NCBI GenBank assembly: GCA_947471565.1
Contig: CANIVT010000007.1
Location: 6,909 to 70,908 of the forward strand
DNA: 64,000 nt
Direction of reading: 5' to 3'
Source of the DNA: Spartobacteria bacterium
Lineage (GTDB): Bacteria > Verrucomicrobiota > Verrucomicrobiia > Chthoniobacterales > UBA6821
The translations under genes were made by a program, and so were the position numbers. Position 1 is the stretch's first letter, and every line of letters starts with the position of its first letter. Shown here in pieces: positions 1 to 7,161 of this stretch. Under the pieces are notes generated by a model that saw only the letters and a list, made by a program, of their open reading frames with translations, made no database searches and was not told the DNA's origin.

Positions 1-11
1 CACGGCAGGGA

Positions 12-26
12 GGACACAGAGCGTCC
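12..26. promoter_or_regulatory. GGAC-N7-GTCC inverted repeat, candidate WYL operator (copy 1)
   Basis: GGAC-ACAGAGC-GTCC; a second copy lies at 65-79, just upstream of the WYL ATG. Confidence 0.45.
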
Positions 27-44
27 CACCCCTTTCGAACCTTC

Positions 45-79
45 TTGAGTACGCACCGGAAGCAGGACATAACGGGTCC
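45..79 (+). promoter_or_regulatory. sigma70-type leaderless promoter of the WYL gene, overlapped by a GGAC-N7-GTCC site (65-79)
   Basis: TTGAGT(45-50)-N17-CATAAC(68-73)-6 nt-ATG(80). Confidence 0.6.
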
Positions 80-1108
80 ATGCCTCGCGTTTCCTCCAAG
101 CGGTCCGTCCGCCCTTCCAAGTCCTCAAAAGGCGGCCACGGCCGCTCGGCACGACTCCCCATGTTCCGGATCATGCAGATCCACGAGCGCCTCAAGGAGG
201 GGGGATTCCCCAATTGTCAGGCCCTCTCCGACGATCTCGAGGTCTCCTACAAGACAGTCCAGCGCGACATCGACTTCATGCGCGACCAGCTCCAGCTGCC
301 GATCGAATACGACAGCGTCCGCCACGGGTTCCTCTACACACGCGAGGTGAAGAACCTCCCCGCCATGGCGCTTCAGGAGGGGGAAGTCATCGCCCTGCTG
401 GTCGCCCAGCGTGCCGCCGAGCAGTACCGCGGCACACCCTTTGAGAAATCGCTCCGCAACGCCTTCACCAGGCTCATCGAGAGTCTCCCCTCCAAGTCTG
501 AAATCTCCCTCAAGGACCTCAGCGAGGCCGTCTCCTTCCGCCCGCCAGGACCTCCCGCCGAGGATCTGGAGTGTTTCCAGACCCTCTCCAACGCCCTCCT
601 GAAGTCTCAGGAGATCGAGTTCCGCTACCGCAAGCCCGGTGACGGCACAGGAGCCATCCGCCGGGTTCAGCCCTACCACCTCGGCTGCATCGGCGGGATC
701 TGGTACCTCATCGGTCTCGATCTCGGACGCAATGCCCTGCGCACCTTCGCCCTCGCACGCATCGCAGCACCCGCCAACCTCAACCGCCGCTTCACCCGTC
801 CGAAGGACTTTTCACTCGACGACATGCTCAGCGACAGCTTCTCGGCCTTCGAGACAAGGAACGCCCAGCAGGTCCGCATCTTCCTGGACCCGCTCGCCGC
901 GTCACTGACCTCGGAGCGCAAATGGCACCCCTCCCAGAAGATCACCTTCCGGAAGGATGGCTCTGCTGAGTTGACCATGAAGGTCGGCCTCGCCCCCGAC
1001 CTGGAGGCTTGGATCATGGGATGGGGCCCCAGAGCCAAGGTGCTCGCGCCTGTCGCCCTACGCAACCGGATTGCAGCATCCCTTCAGAAGGCCGCGATGC
1101 AGTATTGA
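80..1108 (+). CDS. WYL-domain transcriptional regulator (wHTH-WYL-WCX, PafB/PafC-like)
   Basis: 342 aa; HTH LSDDLEVSYKTVQRDIDFMR; WYL core RRVQPYHL..WYLIG..RTFALARI; C-terminal WIMGWGPRAKVLAP. Confidence 0.93.
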   Translation: MPRVSSKRSVRPSKSSKGGHGRSARLPMFRIMQIHERLKEGGFPNCQALSDDLEVSYKTVQRDIDFMRDQLQLPIEYDSVRHGFLYTREVKNLPAMALQEGEVIALLVAQRAAEQYRGTPFEKSLRNAFTRLIESLPSKSEISLKDLSEAVSFRPPGPPAEDLECFQTLSNALLKSQEIEFRYRKPGDGTGAIRRVQPYHLGCIGGIWYLIGLDLGRNALRTFALARIAAPANLNRRFTRPKDFSLDDMLSDSFSAFETRNAQQVRIFLDPLAASLTSERKWHPSQKITFRKDGSAELTMKVGLAPDLEAWIMGWGPRAKVLAPVALRNRIAASLQKAAMQY

Positions 1109-1110
1109 GA
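953..1110 (+). repeat. 158-bp direct repeat, copy 1 (3' end of the WYL gene)
   Basis: matches 2199-2356 with 3 mismatches, all synonymous. Confidence 0.95.
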
Positions 1111-1117
1111 GGCGTCT

Positions 1118-1294
1118 TCAACGCCCAACAATTTTTGCAATCCTCGCTGAAATCTCGCTCCCCGGGATCCCCTCGACAGCATCCGATCGAATCTCGGCGA
1201 CACGCTCGGCAACCACGTCCTTCCAAGCGGATTCGATACCGAGCTCAATGAATTGCTGCAGGGAATGAGTCTGTCTGTCCATGAGTTCCTCCAT
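1118..1294 (-). pseudogene. remnant of an addiction-module antitoxin (TIGR02574-like), 58 aa, not in the ORF track
   Basis: hand translation ..IESAWKDVVAERVAEIRSDAVEGIPGSEISARIAKIVGR*; N-terminus degenerate; no toxin partner. Confidence 0.6.
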
Positions 1295-1327
1295 TTGCTG
1301 AACTTTAAGTCAAAGCTGGGAGCTTTC

Positions 1328-1954
1328 TCACCGTGAGGCGGCAATGATTTCCCTCCTCACATCGATGTCCCGTCCGAAAAGACGCTGCCACAGCAACCGG
1401 GTGTTCGTGATCGGATCACCGGGAGCCGACTCGTCATAAGCCGGCTTATAGAGATGCACTGCACGGATCAGCGAATCCACCAACTCGTCCTCGGTGGGAT
1501 GGCCAGTTCGTGAAATCACCTCCTCGAATGCCTCAAAGTCCTTCTCCTCACCACGGCTGATCTTGGAAACAAGGATATCGATCGGATGTGGGAAAAGTAC
1601 ATCCAGAGCCTCAAGACGCTCGACATGAGCGCGCATCCGCCAGTCGAGGGCTGTACGGAATGTCCCTAGCGGACAAACTTCCACATACGGCGAACTCAAG
1701 CCCTTGGTAAGACCAGCCTCCTTTAAAAATGCCTCGATGCTCTCATCGGACGCAATGTCCAAATCTCCGCTCATGATAGCGTTGGAAATACCCATCTGAA
1801 GTGGGGAAGAACCAAAGACGACAACCTGAAGATGTTTAAACCCAGGCTCCTTGGAGAGCACACCCGCAGCCTGCCTCAACAGTTGAGCACCCGGAGTGCT
1901 CCAGTCGAGTTCAGGAAACCACCTTGCCCTGTGCCACGGTTCGCTCACGCTCAT
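1328..1954 (-). CDS. DUF6036/AbiEii-like nucleotidyltransferase (putative TA toxin)
   Basis: FGSSPL..SGDLDI (GS..DxD) and HPIDILVSKISRGEEKD motifs; start MSVSEPW chosen. Confidence 0.7.
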   Translation of the reverse strand: MSVSEPWHRARWFPELDWSTPGAQLLRQAAGVLSKEPGFKHLQVVVFGSSPLQMGISNAIMSGDLDIASDESIEAFLKEAGLTKGLSSPYVEVCPLGTFRTALDWRMRAHVERLEALDVLFPHPIDILVSKISRGEEKDFEAFEEVISRTGHPTEDELVDSLIRAVHLYKPAYDESAPGDPITNTRLLWQRLFGRDIDVRREIIAASR

Positions 1955-2141
1955 AATCCAGCCCCTTGTAGGCACAAAGGCAGGCCAAAGCTTGATCCAG
2001 CAATCTCGGAGTCACCGAGGGATCCCTTTCCAGCTTTCCGACCAATGCCTCCCAGCGACTACCCAGACGCCTTCCTTTCGTCAGGACAACCGACTTCCTC
2101 CAGCTAGGGCTGGCTGAAATCTTGGACGGATTAATCTTCAT
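1911..2141 (-). CDS. small hypothetical protein, probable partner of the DUF6036 gene
   Basis: 76 aa; overlaps the downstream gene; TTGAAT exactly 35 nt upstream of the ATG. Confidence 0.55.
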   Translation of the reverse strand: MKINPSKISASPSWRKSVVLTKGRRLGSRWEALVGKLERDPSVTPRLLDQALACLCAYKGLDYERERTVAQGKVVS

Positions 2142-2198
2142 GCCTACCCAATCCTCCAAAACCATGCCACATTCAAGCTAATCCCGTCACATCAGGAC

Positions 2199-2356
2199 AA
2201 GGATGGCTCCGCTGAGTTGACCATGAAGGTCGGCCTCGCCCCCGACCTGGAGGCTTGGATCATGGGATGGGGCCCCAGAGCCAAGGTGCTCGCGCCTGTC
2301 GCCCTCCGCAACCGGATTGCAGCATCCCTTCAGAAGGCCGCGATGCAGTACTGAGA
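2199..2356 (+). repeat. 158-bp direct repeat, copy 2 (orphan WYL 3' end, KDGSAE...AAMQY*)
   Basis: 155/158 identical to 953-1110. Confidence 0.95.
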
Positions 2357-2368
2357 AAGTTCCTATCC

Positions 2369-2400
2369 CCCTCGACTCCCGTACAGCCGAATGTCTCGCG
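2369..2400 (+). repeat. 32-bp imperfect direct repeat, copy 1
   Basis: ccctcgactcccgtacagccgaatgtctcgcg; 29/32 identical to 3229-3260. Confidence 0.85.
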
Positions 2401-2465
2401 CGGAGGGGCAGAGATCGCTGAGGAATAAAAGACAGACCGGACCACATTGGCTTCGCCAACAAAGC

Positions 2466-2907
2466 TCAGGCAGGAGCTAAAGTAGCGCGGATTTTCAGAT
2501 CCGTTGCGACAATGAAGCCCTTGGTCCATGAGCGCGCCTCCTCCATGGCGAAGAGTGCAGATATCCTCTCCTCAAGGGCACGCCTTGAAGGGTCGCGCAT
2601 CCTGATCAGCAGGATCCCATGATGCGTTCCGGGAGCGAATTTACGGATATCGGAGAAATCCAGATCTTGGGTGATCAGGAAGCGTCCATCCATTTGGGCT
2701 CTTTCCCAGACGATCGCATCGGGTTTGCCATTGACCCCTTCATCCTCAACTGTGTCGGTTTCATGGCCAAGCCGCGACAGAATCCCCACCAGGGTGGCAG
2801 GCAAGTTTTGTATGCTGCTCTCCCCCGAGAGAAGCACCCTTCGGGTCTGGCTTCGCCAGCTACAACTCAGCCTACCTTGGCCTCGTTTCATCCAGCTTGA
2901 TCCTCAC
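2466..2907 (-). pseudogene. DUF5615 PIN-like toxin interrupted by a 79-bp insertion
   Basis: GTG at 2907 gives MRIKLDE, then the insert (2808-2886), then NLPATLVGILSRLGH..LITQDLDFSD; the original frame hits TAG inside the insert. Confidence 0.8.
2808..2886. mobile_element. 79-bp palindrome-rich insertion (REP/MITE-like), possible 3-bp TTT target duplication
   Basis: splits the conserved LDE/NL motif; hairpins CCC-TTC-GGG, CTGGC-TTC-GCCAG and TCTC-CCCC-GAGA. Confidence 0.6.
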
Positions 2908-3143
2908 GCCGCTACCGGGACGGGTGGCAAGGGAAGATCCTCCTCGGCTGAGGAAGCAGCATAGGCAATCACAGCCCGAATAGCCTCATAGGAAAGGGTC
3001 GGAAATGCCTTGAGGATCTCCTCGATGGAGTCTCCCTCTGCAAGCGATGCCAGAACGGTACGCAGAGTCACCCTGGTTCCCCGGATCACGGGTTGTCCCC
3101 CGCAGATCAACTTGTCGGAAACAATGTAATCCTTGAATGACAT
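2904..3143 (-). CDS. DUF433 family antitoxin
   Basis: ICGGQPVIRGTRVTLRTVLASLAEGDSIEEILKAFPTL; stop overlaps the toxin GTG. Confidence 0.92.
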   Translation of the reverse strand: MSFKDYIVSDKLICGGQPVIRGTRVTLRTVLASLAEGDSIEEILKAFPTLSYEAIRAVIAYAASSAEEDLPLPPVPVAA

Positions 3144-3228
3144 GGCTCACCAATACCCCCGGGACTACCGGCAGTCAACATGCACAAAACAAGGGAGATG
3201 CGCGCGAACTGCCCTCATTGACACTGGT

Positions 3229-3260
3229 CCCTCGACTCCCGTTCAGCCCAATGTCACGCG
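3229..3260 (+). repeat. 32-bp imperfect direct repeat, copy 2
   Basis: ccctcgactcccgttcagcccaatgtcacgcg. Confidence 0.85.
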
Positions 3261-3282
3261 TTGATCGAGGAGAGATTCAATC

Positions 3283-3336
3283 CATCTCCCATCTCCTAGC
3301 TCCCCCCTAACAGCCTTCAGTCTAAAAGCCTATTTT
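3283..3336 (+). repeat. heptamer-like intergenic repeat (CCTAACAGCCTTCAG family)
   Basis: reverse complement aaaataggcttttagactgaaggctgttagg matches 11930-12000 and 10441-10545. Confidence 0.75.
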
Positions 3337-3346
3337 GGTACCCATG

Positions 3347-3405
3347 GGACACTCAGCGACCTAGCCGGTCGGTATCATTGTGGGCAACGGGGACACCGAG
3401 TTTCC
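3347..3405. promoter_or_regulatory. two imperfect GGAC-N7-GTCC sites upstream of the vWA gene
   Basis: GGAC-ACTCAGC-GACC (3347-3361) and GGAC-ACCGAGT-TTCC (3391-3405). Confidence 0.35.
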
Positions 3406-3427
3406 GACACACCACCACCTCATCCCC

Positions 3428-4114
3428 ATGACCGAACACAATCCCGCCACAAACAAACTCACTGAAATCGCCTTCATCCTCGACCAGTCGGGTTCCATGG
3501 AATCCATCAAACAGGGTACCATTGAGGGTTTTAATGCGTTCCTCTCCCAGCAACAGGAGGAGAATGACAAGTATCCGGCCCTCTTTTCGCTTACCCTTTT
3601 CAATGCCGGCATCAACGAAGTCATCACTTCGGAACCGGTGGCGAAGGTCTCTACTCTGGACTCCCACAACTACAGACCTTCGGGTGGAACGGCCCTTCTC
3701 GATGCCATCGGACTCACCATCGACAGCCTCGGCAAGCGCCTGGCAGAGACACCTGAACCCGATCGCCCCGCGAAGGTCATTGTGGCCATCATGACCGATG
3801 GCGAGGAGAACTCCTCCAGACAGTTCACCTGGACTCAGGTCAGTGACAAGATCAAGCACCAGAGTGAGGTCTACAAGTGGGAGTTCCTCTTCATGGGAGC
3901 CAACCAGGATGCGATTGCGACGGCCTCGCGGATCAGCATTGATCGCGATAGTGGAGTGAACTACTTCCAACAGGACGGCAGCGCCAGGAAAGTACTCCGC
4001 GCCATGAGTGCCTCGGTCCAATACAGCAAGCGGGCACCCAGGCCACAATGGTCTAAACCATCGTTGCAGGAGATCATGGCCGAGGAAGAGGCCAAGGATC
4101 AGTCCAAGCAGTAA
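3428..4114 (+). CDS. vWA-domain (MIDAS) protein
   Basis: ILDQSGSM, GGTALLDAIG, IMTDGEENSS, FLFMGAN. Confidence 0.9.
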   Translation: MTEHNPATNKLTEIAFILDQSGSMESIKQGTIEGFNAFLSQQQEENDKYPALFSLTLFNAGINEVITSEPVAKVSTLDSHNYRPSGGTALLDAIGLTIDSLGKRLAETPEPDRPAKVIVAIMTDGEENSSRQFTWTQVSDKIKHQSEVYKWEFLFMGANQDAIATASRISIDRDSGVNYFQQDGSARKVLRAMSASVQYSKRAPRPQWSKPSLQEIMAEEEAKDQSKQ

Positions 4115-4129
4115 CCCCTGAAATCCATG

Positions 4130-4165
4130 CCGGGTGATTCCTTCGATGGGGTCACCCGGTTTTTT
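4130..4165 (+). terminator. intrinsic terminator
   Basis: CCGGGTGATTCC/GGGGTCACCCGG stem followed by a T run. Confidence 0.85.
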
Positions 4166-4288
4166 CTGCCCAACTTCAAAAAAAGCCCAAAAAAAACCCT
4201 TGAGGAGGCTCCGGATTGACCCTTGTCGGGAGAACGGCGTAGTAAGGCAGGACTTTTTCAACTCATTGGTATCGGATACCGTGATCTC

Positions 4289-4957
4289 ATGTGCGGCCGT
4301 TTTGTCCGGAAAGGTGAATCGAAGAAGGTTGCTGAGGCCTTAGGGGTCCAAGACGGCGAGGAGAACTGGACGGAAAGCTACAACGTGGCTCCCGGATCCA
4401 CTGTTCCGATCGTCAGGGATGACCCTACTGGCCGGCATATGGCCCCCGCCGTCTGGGGATTCACATCTTCGGGCAGGGGTCCTCTGTTCAATGCCAGAGC
4501 TGAGACCGTTGATAGCCTTCCCAGCTTCCGCGACCACCTACGAGTGAACCGATGCCTGGTCCCCGCCAGTGGCTTTTACGAGTGGAGACCCAGTGATCGT
4601 CAGCCCTTCTACTTCGAGAGGGTGGATGGGCTTCCTCTGGCCTTTGCCGGGATCTGGAAACGAGTCGGCGATCACCTCGAGGCCACGGTCATCACCACCA
4701 CTCCCAACCGCGACATGTCTGCCATCCACGACAGGATGCCGGTGATCCTCTCTTCGGACAGGTGGAGCAATTGGCTCAATCCGGATCCCCTGTCATCAGC
4801 TGAGTCACAGAGTCTCCTGTGCCCGTCACCGGATGGCACCCTGACTCGTTGGCCTGTGAGCAGAGCTGTGGGGAGCATCAGGAACGACACTCAGGGATTG
4901 ATTGAACGGGTGGAGCCACAACCGACGGCTCAGGAGTTGTTTCCCATGTCCTCCTAG
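4289..4957 (+). CDS. SOS response-associated peptidase (SRAP, YedK/HMCES family)
   Basis: N-terminal MCGRF, SYNVAPG, LFNARAET, CLVPASGFYEW, HDRMPVIL. Confidence 0.95.
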   Translation: MCGRFVRKGESKKVAEALGVQDGEENWTESYNVAPGSTVPIVRDDPTGRHMAPAVWGFTSSGRGPLFNARAETVDSLPSFRDHLRVNRCLVPASGFYEWRPSDRQPFYFERVDGLPLAFAGIWKRVGDHLEATVITTTPNRDMSAIHDRMPVILSSDRWSNWLNPDPLSSAESQSLLCPSPDGTLTRWPVSRAVGSIRNDTQGLIERVEPQPTAQELFPMSS

Positions 4958-5073
4958 TGGATCGGAGTTGTTTGGAAACTCTCTCCTCATTTGACTCCAT
5001 GAGCCACCTTCCAATCTCTTTCATAATTTACATTTCCTAGACATTTATAAATATTTGAATAGGTTTTGCAATC

Positions 5074-5664
5074 ATGCCCTTGGTCCTTTCCAAGCTACTC
5101 AAGAAATCGCCGATCCACCGAACGAGCGAACTGGAGTCCCTTGGGCTCTCGCGTCCCCGTCTCAAACTTCTGGTGAAGCAGGGACTCCTAGAGAAGGCGA
5201 GTCGGGGTCTCTACGTGCTCACGGATTCCGGTGCCAGCGAGCATCGGGCCCTTGCGGAGGTTTCCAAACGGATCCCCCACGGGATCATCTGCCTCCTCTC
5301 CGCCCTGCGCTTCCACGACCTTACCACCCAATCCCCCCACGAGGTCTGGGTGGCTCTGGAACGCTCTGCTTGGACTCCCAGGATGGATCATCTCGATCTG
5401 CGGATCGTCCGCTTTTCCGGAGCTTCACTCCACAAAGGCCATGACCGGCATCTCATCGAAGGAGTGCCGGTCCTTGTGACCAACCCCGCCAAGACCGTTG
5501 CCGACTGCTTCAAGTACCGCAACAAGATCGGGGTCGAGGTGGCACTGGAAGCCCTCCGGGAAGTCTGGAACAAACGCCTCTGCACCATGTCCGAGCTGAT
5601 GCACTATGCTCGGATCTGTCGGGTCTCCAACGTCATGAAGCCCTATCTGGAGAGCGTTGCATGA
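5074..5664 (+). CDS. abiEi: type IV TA AbiEi family antitoxin
   Basis: RGLY, GIICLLSALRFHDLTTQSPHEVW, PAKTVADCFKYRNKIG. Confidence 0.9.
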   Translation: MPLVLSKLLKKSPIHRTSELESLGLSRPRLKLLVKQGLLEKASRGLYVLTDSGASEHRALAEVSKRIPHGIICLLSALRFHDLTTQSPHEVWVALERSAWTPRMDHLDLRIVRFSGASLHKGHDRHLIEGVPVLVTNPAKTVADCFKYRNKIGVEVALEALREVWNKRLCTMSELMHYARICRVSNVMKPYLESVA

Positions 5665-6071
5665 GCGATCATTCCATCGCCAATCTTGCGGCCTCGGTAC
5701 GCCAACGACTCCTCAACCTCAGCCGCACCAAGAAAGAACCCTTTGACCGCATTCTCTCCCGCTATGCCGTTGAGCGGCTCCTCTACCGTCTCAGCCGTTC
5801 CAGCTATCGAGACCGGTTTTTTCTCAAGGGCGCGATGCTTTTCTCGCTTTGGTTTGAGGAGATGCACCGTCCTACCCGCGACGTTGACCTGCTCGGCCAC
5901 GGCGATGATGACGAACCCGCCCTTGAACGGATCTTTGGAGAACTTTGTGATCTGGATGTTGAGCCCGATGGATTGGTCTTTCACGATGACTCTGTCCAAG
6001 CGGAGCGCATCAGGGAAGCAGCCGCCTACACAGGCATCCGAGTCACCCTCCTTGCTCCATCCGGAATTTGA
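5661..6071 (+). pseudogene. abiEii: AbiEii nucleotidyltransferase toxin, C-terminally truncated
   Basis: ERLLYRLS, FFLKGAML, RPTRDVDLL; only 136 aa against about 300 expected; ends at a junction with an antisense HigA fragment. Confidence 0.85.
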
Positions 6072-6252
6072 TCGCCTCCACGGGATCAGGAATGTCCATG
6101 GGGAAGTTTTCCTCCTCATAGCGCTCCACGAGCAGCGCCCACAGCTCCAGCTCCTCCTCCTCTGGCGAACCGGGAGCGGCATCCACTAGCTTCTCGATAC
6201 GGGTGAGCGCACCGGCGAGTTCCTTCCTGTTCTTGATGATCTTGGGTTTCAT
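6043..6252 (-). pseudogene. HigA-like antitoxin, truncated before its HTH; no cognate toxin
   Basis: ELELWALLVERYEEENFPMDIPDPVEAIKFRMEQ then an immediate stop. Confidence 0.8.
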
Positions 6253-6260
6253 GGCTCTGA

Positions 6261-6755
6261 TCAGATTTCGCCAGCCTCCCTAAGAAATTCACGTTCAAGC
6301 AGAGGCGAGATGAAGAAGCCTGCTTTCGATCGCAAGGACATCACTTCCTCGCCTAAGTTGGCAATCACACCCTCTCTCCTTGCTTTTAAAAGAATGCCCA
6401 AAGTTCCCACAACGGGAACATTCAGATTTCTTGCGACTCTTCTTCCCTCGAGTTCATCTATGATTAGACGGCTTGGAGAACATTCGAGCGAGAGAGCAAT
6501 TGCCTCAGCCTCACCCACATCCAGAGTAAGCGATAAGGTGGCGGCCAAGCCTTTGTCTTTACACCGCACGATTCTAAGCCATCCATCCCGTGTTGCCTCA
6601 TCAATGGACTTTTTTGCGGCGGGGTCTTCGATCCGCTCAAGTTCCCCATGAACCCCCTCGGGGATCGACACATCCCCAAACTGTTGTTTTAGCAGATCCA
6701 GTCGCCCGATGATGGCGAGAGCCGATATCGGCGAGGTGTCACTGACCGCCGGCAT
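6261..6755 (-). CDS. DUF3368 PIN-like protein
   Basis: VSDTSPI..L, LDVGEAEAIAL, LIIDELEGRRVA, GTLGILLKA. Confidence 0.9.
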   Translation of the reverse strand: MPAVSDTSPISALAIIGRLDLLKQQFGDVSIPEGVHGELERIEDPAAKKSIDEATRDGWLRIVRCKDKGLAATLSLTLDVGEAEAIALSLECSPSRLIIDELEGRRVARNLNVPVVGTLGILLKARREGVIANLGEEVMSLRSKAGFFISPLLEREFLREAGEI

Positions 6756-6993
6756 AAGCGAGATCCTCATTCACCTCGGCAGAGCCGTAGTGACGGGGAA
6801 TCCCCCGCTCGGAGAGAGCCAAACCGAACCGATCCTGACTCATTCCGGCAAGTTCGGCGGCCTTGCCGAACGCAAGCAACTCCCTCTGATACAGCGTCGA
6901 GGCAAGCTCCAACATCACCCTGCCGCGAAGCTCGGGCTCCGGCAGCTTCAATGCCCTCTCAATCTCATCAGGCATCTCGATCATCACAGACAT
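6739..6993 (-). CDS. UPF0175 family protein (partner of DUF3368)
   Basis: LYQRELLAFGKAAELAGMSQDRF..LSERGIP; promoter TTGCGG-N17-TATGCT-6 nt-ATG. Confidence 0.88.
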   Translation of the reverse strand: MSVMIEMPDEIERALKLPEPELRGRVMLELASTLYQRELLAFGKAAELAGMSQDRFGLALSERGIPRHYGSAEVNEDLAYAGGQ

Positions 6994-7161
6994 AAGGTCA
7001 GCATACTGACGGCACCCTAATTCCGCAAGGGGGTTGATCTCAGGCGACCGTCACCTCAGTGGTTACTGCCCCTAGTGGTTACGCTGCATCCGAGTCGAGC
7101 TCGGACTACCTTCGGGAGGATGAAGCCTCGATCCGGAGTTGTTTTGAGAACCCGTCGGGGC

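Noticed and set aside
2808-2886. Group II intron remnant
   Set aside because: No GTGCG 5' end or domain V/VI pattern.
2466-2891. Intact 141-aa gene as given in the ORF track
   Set aside because: Its first 28 residues derive from the inserted element and the shifted frame; the true start is GTG at 2907.
3353-4261. 302-aa minus-strand ORF
   Set aside because: Antisense shadow of the vWA gene.
4200-4288. LexA box upstream of SRAP
   Set aside because: No acceptable match to GAAC-N4-GTWC or TGTTC-N4-GAACA.
4953-7151. GGAGTTGTTT / CCTAGTGG matches at about 4953-4973 and 7071-7144 as cassette ends
   Set aside because: Only 8-10 nt and not colinear; may be chance.
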